The translations under genes and the position numbers were made by a program. The notes below the pieces were generated by a model. That model worked only from the letters and a program-made list of their open reading frames with translations, was not told the origin of the DNA and ran no database searches. From positions 20,363-84,362 of the forward strand of contig CAZGIY010000001.1 in NCBI GenBank assembly GCA_964526445.1: 64,000 nt of DNA. Reading direction: 5' to 3'. Shown piece after piece: positions 28,872-37,498 of this stretch (the stretch's first letter is position 1; each line of letters starts with the position of its first letter). The DNA comes from an uncultured Candidatus Poseidoniales archaeon. GTDB lineage: Archaea; Thermoplasmatota; Poseidoniia; Poseidoniales; Poseidoniaceae.

Positions 28872-29780
28872 CTAAGATGACCTCCCGATGAATTCGATTG
28901 AATCAGGCTCAAATTCTGCAGAGACCATACCTATTTCTTGCCCCTTCTTGAGGAATCTACGAATTGCTTCTCTTCCTTCATCTCCATAGTCAATAGTACG
29001 TTCATTGACATACATTTTAACGAATTTTTCATTTGTTTGATCATCGATACCTCGACCCCATGCCTTAGCAAATTCCAGCGCCTGCTCTGGGTTCTCAAGT
29101 GCATGTATAATACTCAATCTCGTCCAATTGGTGATGTTCTCAATCGTTTTACGACCGAGATCCTTGCGGACAATATTGCCGCCCAACGGTAATGGCAATC
29201 CATCATTATGTTCTGACCACCAAACTCCAAGATCAAGATGAACGTCAAGTTCATGCTCAACATAGGTCAATTGCCCTTCGTGGATGATAAGGCCTCCATC
29301 AACTTCTCCGGAATTGACAGCCTCGATGATCTCGTCGAATGGGATAACTTTGATTGAAACATCGCCCCAAGCCATTCGCAAACCTAGATAGGCGCTAGTC
29401 TTCAACCCAGGAACTGCAATCAATCCTCGCTTGATTTCTTCCGTCTCACTACCGCTTTTTGCTACTACCATCGGTCCATATCCCTCCCCCATACTGGCGC
29501 CACAATTCATCAGGGCATAATCTCCAGCAACCTCGGGGAACGAGTGAATACTGATTGCACTGACTTCTAGTTCTCTGTTCATCGCGCGCTGGTTCAAAGT
29601 TTCTATATCCTGTAATTCATGAACGAAGTGATAGCCTGGAGTGGATATCAATCCGGAAGTCAAAGCATGGAACATGAAAGCATCATCTGGATCGGGTGAA
29701 TGACCTATTCTTACAACCTTGAAAGATTCAGAGTTCAAGTCATTCTGTTCATCCATGATGCGCCGAAATGGGGCCCTCAT
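28872..29780 (-). CDS. MqnA/MqnD-family protein (likely 1,4-dihydroxy-6-naphthoate synthase MqnD, futalosine pathway)
   Basis: VRIGHSPDPDDAFMFHALTSG resembles the MqnD N-terminus LGYSPCPNDTFIFDAL. Periplasmic-binding-protein-like fold family. Confidence 0.5.
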   Translation of the reverse strand: MRAPFRRIMDEQNDLNSESFKVVRIGHSPDPDDAFMFHALTSGLISTPGYHFVHELQDIETLNQRAMNRELEVSAISIHSFPEVAGDYALMNCGASMGEGYGPMVVAKSGSETEEIKRGLIAVPGLKTSAYLGLRMAWGDVSIKVIPFDEIIEAVNSGEVDGGLIIHEGQLTYVEHELDVHLDLGVWWSEHNDGLPLPLGGNIVRKDLGRKTIENITNWTRLSIIHALENPEQALEFAKAWGRGIDDQTNEKFVKMYVNERTIDYGDEGREAIRRFLKKGQEIGMVSAEFEPDSIEFIGRSS

Positions 29781-29853
29781 TTCAAGATAGTTAGATGTCG
29801 ATAAGAATTGATTTGACTAAATCTGATAATCATGATAATCGCTGATTTTTGCT

Positions 29854-32418
29854 GTGTGCCGACAAAGATTCTATTTCAGATGGGGTGATGCAGCAGCGAG
29901 GATAGTCATGCGGGTACGCGGTGGGCCACTTGTCGCTTTACTGCTAACTTCGCTTTCAGTTATTGCACTTGCACAAGCTGCAACACCTAGTGGCATGGGA
30001 TTTGTTGGTGCGCATACAGTGGTTAGGGAAAGTTTCGATGAAACGCATAGCGTTGCCCTTTCTCCAGACGCCTCCCTTATTGCCACAGGGACTGAAGGAT
30101 ATGTTATTATTTCGCGCATATCCGATCGTTCTATAGTTGAAAGAATATCAGTAGGGGACCAAGTAACTGCTCTAGAATTCTCTCCCGATGGAGAATATCT
30201 CGCTTTGGGGCTTAGGTCTGATGCCCTTTCGGGGGATGCACTTAAAGTGCTATTCACTGATGATTGGAGGGAGTACGAAAAGACATTTGCTAATGGTAAA
30301 AATCCCAGTGACATTTCATTCTCTGATGCGGGAGATAAGATACTTCTTCAGGGTCAGGACAAAGATGTGTTCGAGTTGTCATTCCCCGAATTTTCCATAT
30401 TGGGTCACATGACGGGGCACCATTTGGATGATATTACGTGTACAGATTATGGATATGGGGGATTGATAGCAGTATCTGGTGGATTGGATGGTAAAATCGC
30501 TTTCTGGGATCTTTCAGATCATTCACTTTCCTCATCAATTGAGTTCGAGGATTCTGAAATTGTTGATTGTTTATTCAATCCATCATCTTCTCAAGTTGCC
30601 ATCTTGACAGATGACGGAAAAGTTAGATCATATTGGTTGAACGGGACTTTGGTTGAAGGCTCAGAACTCGATTTCCTACAAGCTAAGGAGCTCAAGTGGA
30701 GCCTTAATGGAAACCATCTATATGTATTGGAAACCAATATTTTGCCTTCTTTGCAGCGTGTGAGAGTGAATGATTGGATAGTCGATGAGTTCACTTACAT
30801 AGGTCACAATGTGAATGGATTTGATTTATCGGATGATGAAGAGACATTAGTGATTAGTACTGGAACTGTACATACGAGTGTATATCAGTCGACGTACTTC
30901 CAGCAAGGTTTTGGTGAGCCGGGAGATGATTTTGATCAAGATGGAGTGCCAGACGTAATCGATGTTGATGATGATGGTGATGGAATTTTGGATATTTACG
31001 ACCTCAACTGTTCTAGTTCAGATTGTACCAAGGACCCACATCCCAATTATATGCGAAATATTGAGTTTCAAGTATCTGATGAGGAGTTAATCATAAGCGA
31101 TAGCATATCATTCAATAGATCCGATTCTAATGCATTGAGAAATTTGACTACAAGTCTACTTTCTGATGATAACAAAATTAGTGTCGACGAATTAACTTGG
31201 ATGTCAACTGCCATGTGCGATAATATTAGACATAGGGATGTTATTGATCAATGGCATTCAATGATTGAGGTTGAGGGTTCACAATTGAGCAATGGAACAC
31301 TATCCTGTGAACCCGTATCTGGAATTTCTTCCAATGATTTCAGCGATTTTAGTCATAGGGCAACTCTTACTTGGATTACAACATTTGATTTATCGAGTGC
31401 TCCAATTGCGCCCTACAATATTACAGTAAAGGGAATTATCCTTGCTCCTACTGGCTCTTCCGCAATCATTGCCCCACAGTTCCCGGCTTCAATCGATTTT
31501 GCCGATTTGAATTCAGAAAATAATCGAATTGACTTGTGGAATCGGAACGAAACGATTAGAATTGTCTTGATGGAAGAATTGGAGGAAGAAGGACCTGGAT
31601 TGACTGGCTTAGTAGCGTCGTTCATTTCAGACAATTTTTGGATTCCAATAAGCAGTTTCCTTGGAATCTTTATTGGTATCGGATTGATTATCAAGCAAAA
31701 CAAGGACATTTCTAATGCATTGATTCGTGGGGGTAGAGAGGAAGATGAAGAGGGGGAAGATGAAGAGGATGATTATGATGAATCATTCAATGACTCAAAT
31801 CTATATGAATCTGAACATTACGAGGAGTCCGATTCCGCTGACGACGAGTCAACATGGAGTAACGAATCAGAGTCTATGCCTCCTCGGCCAAAACGGCGCC
31901 CTCCTCGAAAATCTACGAGAAGAGTAGCACATGAAGAGTATCCTATCGGTGATTCTACTCCTGTCAAGGCTAGGAGAAAGCGCGTTAGTAGTAAACAACC
32001 AATTGGTTCTAAGCGACACACTCTTTCTGAATCTGTAGAATTGGATTATGATTATGGCCAAGACGGAGTATATCATGATGGTGATTGGGATACAGAGTAT
32101 GACATTTACGAACAGCCCCAGACCAAAGTACGCAAAGTGCGTAAAGTGGAAAGCGTTCCTGAACTTGAAGCGGAAGAATCCAAGCCGGAGCAAAAGAAAG
32201 GAAGAAGGAAGGTTAAGAGGCGCAATAACGAGAAAGGAAAAGCCTCCAGTAAAGCAGTGGATGATGATTCCATCGTTGCAAAGAAAGTTGTTACGTCCAA
32301 GAAACGCAGTTCAGGGTCAAAGAAAACTCAAGATGATGGAGGCAAAGTCTCGTCTGATGATGAAGATTCAGCAATGGACAAAGCATTGGGTATGTTAACG
32401 GGTGATTCCAAGGATTGA
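29854..32418 (+). CDS. Secreted/surface beta-propeller protein with thrombospondin-type-3-like Ca-binding repeats, C-terminal TM anchor and highly charged cytoplasmic tail
   Basis: Signal-peptide-like LVALLLTSLSVIALAQA. WD40/PQQ-like repeats. DQDGVPDVIDVDDDGDGILDIYD. A C-terminal TM segment (ISSFLGIFIGIGLII), then an E/D- and K/R-rich tail. Confidence 0.7.
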   Translation: MCRQRFYFRWGDAAARIVMRVRGGPLVALLLTSLSVIALAQAATPSGMGFVGAHTVVRESFDETHSVALSPDASLIATGTEGYVIISRISDRSIVERISVGDQVTALEFSPDGEYLALGLRSDALSGDALKVLFTDDWREYEKTFANGKNPSDISFSDAGDKILLQGQDKDVFELSFPEFSILGHMTGHHLDDITCTDYGYGGLIAVSGGLDGKIAFWDLSDHSLSSSIEFEDSEIVDCLFNPSSSQVAILTDDGKVRSYWLNGTLVEGSELDFLQAKELKWSLNGNHLYVLETNILPSLQRVRVNDWIVDEFTYIGHNVNGFDLSDDEETLVISTGTVHTSVYQSTYFQQGFGEPGDDFDQDGVPDVIDVDDDGDGILDIYDLNCSSSDCTKDPHPNYMRNIEFQVSDEELIISDSISFNRSDSNALRNLTTSLLSDDNKISVDELTWMSTAMCDNIRHRDVIDQWHSMIEVEGSQLSNGTLSCEPVSGISSNDFSDFSHRATLTWITTFDLSSAPIAPYNITVKGIILAPTGSSAIIAPQFPASIDFADLNSENNRIDLWNRNETIRIVLMEELEEEGPGLTGLVASFISDNFWIPISSFLGIFIGIGLIIKQNKDISNALIRGGREEDEEGEDEEDDYDESFNDSNLYESEHYEESDSADDESTWSNESESMPPRPKRRPPRKSTRRVAHEEYPIGDSTPVKARRKRVSSKQPIGSKRHTLSESVELDYDYGQDGVYHDGDWDTEYDIYEQPQTKVRKVRKVESVPELEAEESKPEQKKGRRKVKRRNNEKGKASSKAVDDDSIVAKKVVTSKKRSSGSKKTQDDGGKVSSDDEDSAMDKALGMLTGDSKD

Positions 32419-33218
32419 TTCATTTGATCGCTCAACTTGAAATCATCAATCTCTAGAACTTCAGAAATGAACATTTCTAGTCCTGCTTCCACTTCACTGT
32501 CGAAATCATAGAGAACTTCTTCAAAATATCTTCTGATACGATCCTCATTGAATCCACTTCTGGCTGAACACAGGGAAACAACTTCCTCCTTGACTTCGGG
32601 GCTTCGGAATGAATTGAGGGAATTCTGTAATTCCGCATACGCATCACTGACAATATCCGGAGGGGCATCTCGATGGGTAGCAAAAACAGCAAACACCATT
32701 GGCAAACCAGTAACATCCTTCCATTCCATACCAAGATCCATACGAACGAGGTCAGGCCTTCTTTGAGCTTCATGTAATGCTCTATCTCCAATCAGCAAGG
32801 CTCCGTCGCATCTCTCCAACATACTTTCCAGATCGGGCCCCATTTCCACAGGTCGCGGATCATGTCCGCGCTTCTTCAGAAGATACATCAATAATCGTCT
32901 TGAGGTTGCAGAATCGGTAGGTAATGCAACATCTCTCATATCGTCAATTTCTCTTTCACCAAATAATAGCACACTCCCAACACTTCCGTCAGATATGATA
33001 CCCATTCCTGGCACTAAGGATAATTCATTTCTGTTCAATGCCCAGTCCGCAGCAGGAATAGGGGCAATCAGGCAGTCCTTTCTGAGTAGGTGTCCAGTCA
33101 ACCAAGCAGGTGGGGCAGCGAGAATCTTCCACTTGTCTGAGATTTGGTGATATAGTGGGTCACAATTGAGGAATGCGACTCTTCCCAATGTACGCTGCCA
33201 TGTCGATGTATTTTCCAT
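32328..33218 (-). CDS. mqnA: Chorismate dehydratase MqnA (futalosine pathway)
   Basis: RVAFLNCDPLYHQI matches the MqnA N-terminal (I/V)G.I.(F/Y)LNC.P(L/I) signature. PBP-like fold. Confidence 0.6.
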   Translation of the reverse strand: MENTSTWQRTLGRVAFLNCDPLYHQISDKWKILAAPPAWLTGHLLRKDCLIAPIPAADWALNRNELSLVPGMGIISDGSVGSVLLFGEREIDDMRDVALPTDSATSRRLLMYLLKKRGHDPRPVEMGPDLESMLERCDGALLIGDRALHEAQRRPDLVRMDLGMEWKDVTGLPMVFAVFATHRDAPPDIVSDAYAELQNSLNSFRSPEVKEEVVSLCSARSGFNEDRIRRYFEEVLYDFDSEVEAGLEMFISEVLEIDDFKLSDQMNQSLESPVNIPNALSIAESSSSDETLPPSS

Positions 33219-33227
33219 TATATCACC

Positions 33228-34445
33228 TCACTTAACCATCGGCAGGGATTTTCTCCGCGAAACTCGGTCAGCAACGACTCGTTCGAACTTATTGTAAACA
33301 GTATTTCTGCGAACTGCATCGCATCCAGATCTCTCAATGAGCCTACACATGTCATCAATTCCATGATCTAGCGGGGCCGTTGATCCAGCGAGGTGCATTA
33401 TTGATTCTTGAAGTACGGTTCCGTCCACATCATCGGCTCCACAAGAAATCGCTATCTCTGTCAAGGCATCCCCAATATTCATTCTATATGCCTTGATGTG
33501 TGGAATATTGTCCAACATCAAACGGCTTATTGCAATCATGCGTAATATCTCGTTAGCGCTGGCCAATTGGGCTTCGGGTAGCCTGGTTGAGTCTGGAAGG
33601 AATGGATAGGGTACGAAGCATTGGAAACCATTGGTCTCATCTTGTAGTTCTCTAAGTTTGAGCAGGTGTTCAATACGCTGCTCGGGAGTCTCAACAGTGC
33701 CGAACAACATGGTGCAATTTGTAGGAATGCTAAGATTGTGTGCACTTCTGTGAATGTCCAAGTATTCTCTACTGCTCTCTTTACCCCTGCAAATCTTCTC
33801 TCTAACTGAATCCACTAAGATCTCTGCACCACCTCCTGGAATACTTCCTAATCCCGCTTCGGACAACATTTCCAAGGTGTCACTGATACTGATATTCGAC
33901 AGAGAGGAAATGTGCTTGATTTCAACCGCAGTCAGGGCCTTGATATGGAGTTCTGGATACCTTTGTTTCGTCCTTCGGAATAATTCACAATAATGTCCAA
34001 CATCCCAGTCAGGATGTAATCCTCCTACCGAATGAACTTCGTCTATTATCTCAGAATATGGTTCGATCATTGAAATGTATTTCTCTATATCCATGGCATA
34101 TGCATCTGTTGCTCTTCTTCCGCGCCTAAAAGCACAGAACTTACAAGCAAGAACACAGATATTTGTTTGATTAACGTGAATATTCAGATTGAAATGGATG
34201 TCCTTTCCAAATCTTGCCCGCTTGCAAATATCTGCCATAGACAAGATGCTTCCAAGATCTTCATGAAGTAATAGTGCGAGTCCATCTTGACCTGTTATTC
34301 TTCCATCAGTAATCAAACGGTCTCGGATATCTTCAAGCACCTCATCCAGCCCATTTAGGGCGAGTAAACCGTTGCTTTGGGATCTCATCCAGTCCGAGTT
34401 GAAACCAGGTTGGCGCATGCAATCCCAACCCCTCGTCATGGACAT
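33228..34445 (-). CDS. Radical-SAM menaquinone biosynthesis enzyme, MqnC/MqnE family (aminofutalosine synthase or cyclic dehydroxyfutalosine synthase)
   Basis: CVLACKFCAF CxxxCxxC motif and CofG/CofH/MqnC/MqnE-like TIM barrel, adjacent to mqnA. The track ORF start (34517) would overlap the ATPase gene by 47 nt, so an internal ATG at 34445 or 34385 is more likely. Confidence 0.6.
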   Translation of the reverse strand: MSMTRGWDCMRQPGFNSDWMRSQSNGLLALNGLDEVLEDIRDRLITDGRITGQDGLALLLHEDLGSILSMADICKRARFGKDIHFNLNIHVNQTNICVLACKFCAFRRGRRATDAYAMDIEKYISMIEPYSEIIDEVHSVGGLHPDWDVGHYCELFRRTKQRYPELHIKALTAVEIKHISSLSNISISDTLEMLSEAGLGSIPGGGAEILVDSVREKICRGKESSREYLDIHRSAHNLSIPTNCTMLFGTVETPEQRIEHLLKLRELQDETNGFQCFVPYPFLPDSTRLPEAQLASANEILRMIAISRLMLDNIPHIKAYRMNIGDALTEIAISCGADDVDGTVLQESIMHLAGSTAPLDHGIDDMCRLIERSGCDAVRRNTVYNKFERVVADRVSRRKSLPMVK

Positions 34446-34470
34446 CAAGAATGAATGCTTGTATTGCCCT

Positions 34471-37404
34471 TCATCGCTTGAAGGAAGGGGTGTTGCCAAG
34501 TTTGGTCTTGAGTACACCCTCTCTGAGCATTATCTTACGGAACTCTTCTATCCATAAGACAGAGGAGGAAATCAACAATAACACTAGCCAAGTAGTCCAG
34601 TTGAGGAATTTGGTCGATAATAACTCTCCAATCATCAAATCAGAGAATGGTAAGGTGAATGTTGAATTTTGAACTACAAATAACAACAATGCAGAACATC
34701 CAATCAATGAATAATTGATCGCCCGATTGCTGAATAATCCTAGTTTGAATACACTGTCAGTAACACTCCTGCAATTGAGGATGTTAAAGAATTGGAAGAG
34801 AGTAAATACGGCAAATGCAGCAGTCCTCGCAACTTCGAATCTTTCTTCAGCCCAATTTGTCCAAGCCTCTTCATCGCACAGCCCTTCTTCAGAAGCAGCC
34901 AATTTTCCATCGAAGTAGATATTTCCATTATCGAAAGTACCCATAGTACAATGATTTTGAGCCTTTACTGATCCATCAGCAATGTAGAACACGGTTAACG
35001 TTCCAACAACCATTATCGAAGCAGTCCAAAATATCAAAGCCATATCGATGAGATTTGGCAATCCTTCATTGACAGGCTTTGGTGGAACACTCATAACGCT
35101 TCCATGCTTCTTTTCTACGCCTAGGGCAACTGCAGGTGGTCCATCCATCAGGATATTGATGACAAGTATCTGAGTTGCAGTAAATGGCAGGTCCCATCCA
35201 AATACGAAAGTGGAAATTATGATGATAGCAACTGCAGCTACATTGGTGGAAATCTGATATCTTACGAAGTTACGTATGTTCTGGTAAATCTTCCTTCCCT
35301 CTTCTACAGCATGGACAATGTTGGCAAAGTTATCATCCTGTAGAACCATGTCAGCAGCGTCTTTCGCCACATCAGTACCTGCCATACCCATCGCAATTCC
35401 AATGTTGGCTTTCGATAAAGCAGGAGCATCATTGACTCCATCACCAGTCATGGCGACCACTTCTCCGCGTACCTGTAAAGCACTGACAATACGCATCTTT
35501 TGGTCAGGAGTTACTCGATGATATACATCGGTTTGACCCGCCTTATCGATTAATTCATCATCACTCATCTCAGAAAGTGCATAGCCACTCAAGGATTCAG
35601 AATGTTTACCTGCGATATCCAGATTTTGTCCTATTGCTAGTGCTGTAATCTCTTGATCACCTGTAATCATCTTCACGCCAATACCTGCGGCTTTGCAGAT
35701 TTTGATAGCATCCTTGACCTCGGCACGAGGAGGATCCATGATGGCAACCAAGCCAAAGAGTATCAGATTATTTTCCATGCTTGCCATGTCGGTGGTATCT
35801 TCCCCTTTCTCAACTCTGCGCCCGCATAAAGCAAGAACTCTCATCGCCTGGGCTGCCATTTCTCGATTGGCATTTAGCACCGAATCGATGTCCCCTTGTT
35901 TGATTGGCTTCTCTTGATTATTTACGACGATCTTTTTGACTAGGTCCCTGTAGCCGCCTGCAGCACCTTTGGACAATACCCAAGTTTCACCATCAATCTC
36001 TGTTATCGTGCTCATTCTCTTTCTTTCTGCATCAAAGAAGAATTCAAATGAACGTGGAAACATTTCACCTAGATTTTCTATATCTCCATGAACTTTCCAA
36101 CCAAACACAGCACACGCGGAGTCTGTAGGGTCTCCGATGGCCTCCCATGCTCCATCGAATTTGTGCACTGTACTGTTGTGGCACAGAGCGGCGCACAAAC
36201 TGCCCATTCTGAAAGCAGGGTTTTCCATCATTTGTTCTAACCCTTCAGATGATAATCGCTCACCCTTAGAAACAACTCCTCCTGCTGTCGGGTCAAAACC
36301 TTCACCAGAAACATCGTATTCTTCATCTGGCGTCCAGAATTTTCTGACAGTCATCTGGTTCTTGGTCAAAGTTCCCGTTTTATCAGTACAGATGACGGTG
36401 GTAGAGCCTAAGGTTTCGACTGCCTTCATTCTTCGAACGATAGCCTTGTGTCGAGCCATGTTTCGCATACCTAGCGCCAAAGTAATGACTAGAATGATTG
36501 GCAAACCTTCAGGAACGATAGCAACAAAGATTGCTATGGCTACAATGAATTGATCGATTGCAACCTCAAGTAGACTCCGGCCATCGGGTTGAAGATATGC
36601 TACTACTAATTCCAATGAAACCAGAAGTACTGCTACAAATAATGCGATGAATCCCAAGAAACGACCGAGGGATTCGAGTTTAATTTCAAGGGGCGTCTTT
36701 GGTGTTTCAGCATCGGCAATCCCACTTGCGATGTGACCCAATTCGGTCTTCATCCCTGTAGTAACAACTATTCCAACGGCTCTGCCACTAGATGCAACAG
36801 TTCCCATGAAAGCCATATTTGATTGTTCGGCCAAAATACGTTTACCTTGAATTGATGTCGTCTTTTTGGTTACAGTATCGGACTCTCCAGTCAATGCCGA
36901 CTCGTTGATTTTGAATTGGTAGACTTCGGTCAATCTGACATCTGCAGGGATGTTGTGTCCTTCCTCCATTTTGACAATATCACCGGGAACAAGTTCGAAT
37001 GTGGGTATCTCGAGTTCCCTACCTTCTCTTTCAACAATACAGTTACTTACTGCCATTTGTTTCAGAGCATCCATCGCCTGCTCTGCTTGGTTTTCTTGCC
37101 AATATCCGAAAACTGCGTTGATGGTCAATACCAAGCAGATGAAAATCGCATCTCCAGGCTGCTCAAAACTATGAATTACCAAGGATATGACTGCTGCTCC
37201 CATTAGTAGGAATATCAACGGATCGTTGAATTGAGACAGTAGACGTAGCCACCATGCATCTCTTTCAGGTTCATCGAGTTTATTCGGACCATATTCTTCG
37301 AGTCTTTTTCCCGCTTCTTCGTCGCTCAAACCTTCTGGAGCGGTAGATAATTTAGCATAGACTTCATCTTGCTTCATGGCAAACCAATCTCTATCTGCAG
37401 TCAT
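34471..37404 (-). CDS. P2-type Ca2+-transporting ATPase (SERCA/PMCA-like)
   Basis: ICTDKTGTLT phosphorylation site, TGDGVNDAPAL, PEGLP in M4, N/D in M6 (INILMDGPPA). Ala at the position of SERCA E771, i.e. PMCA-like with a single site. Cation_ATPase_N-like N-terminus. Confidence 0.85.
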   Translation of the reverse strand: MTADRDWFAMKQDEVYAKLSTAPEGLSDEEAGKRLEEYGPNKLDEPERDAWWLRLLSQFNDPLIFLLMGAAVISLVIHSFEQPGDAIFICLVLTINAVFGYWQENQAEQAMDALKQMAVSNCIVEREGRELEIPTFELVPGDIVKMEEGHNIPADVRLTEVYQFKINESALTGESDTVTKKTTSIQGKRILAEQSNMAFMGTVASSGRAVGIVVTTGMKTELGHIASGIADAETPKTPLEIKLESLGRFLGFIALFVAVLLVSLELVVAYLQPDGRSLLEVAIDQFIVAIAIFVAIVPEGLPIILVITLALGMRNMARHKAIVRRMKAVETLGSTTVICTDKTGTLTKNQMTVRKFWTPDEEYDVSGEGFDPTAGGVVSKGERLSSEGLEQMMENPAFRMGSLCAALCHNSTVHKFDGAWEAIGDPTDSACAVFGWKVHGDIENLGEMFPRSFEFFFDAERKRMSTITEIDGETWVLSKGAAGGYRDLVKKIVVNNQEKPIKQGDIDSVLNANREMAAQAMRVLALCGRRVEKGEDTTDMASMENNLILFGLVAIMDPPRAEVKDAIKICKAAGIGVKMITGDQEITALAIGQNLDIAGKHSESLSGYALSEMSDDELIDKAGQTDVYHRVTPDQKMRIVSALQVRGEVVAMTGDGVNDAPALSKANIGIAMGMAGTDVAKDAADMVLQDDNFANIVHAVEEGRKIYQNIRNFVRYQISTNVAAVAIIIISTFVFGWDLPFTATQILVINILMDGPPAVALGVEKKHGSVMSVPPKPVNEGLPNLIDMALIFWTASIMVVGTLTVFYIADGSVKAQNHCTMGTFDNGNIYFDGKLAASEEGLCDEEAWTNWAEERFEVARTAAFAVFTLFQFFNILNCRSVTDSVFKLGLFSNRAINYSLIGCSALLLFVVQNSTFTLPFSDLMIGELLSTKFLNWTTWLVLLLISSSVLWIEEFRKIMLREGVLKTKLGNTPSFKR

Positions 37405-37498
37405 TGGAACACCACCATGTCCACTACCGGCTACAGGAAAGTCATAAGCATGCCTGAAGAGAATCCAAACACTTTGTCAATTCAGCTGTAGTGTCAAC

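Noticed and set aside
34471-34517. 47-nt overlap of the radical-SAM gene with the Ca-ATPase gene. Similar small overlaps occur at the DOHH-like/MqnD and KptA/thiolase junctions.
   Set aside because: Internal ATGs downstream remove the overlaps and leave conserved N-termini intact. They are likely start-codon over-extension in the ORF track.
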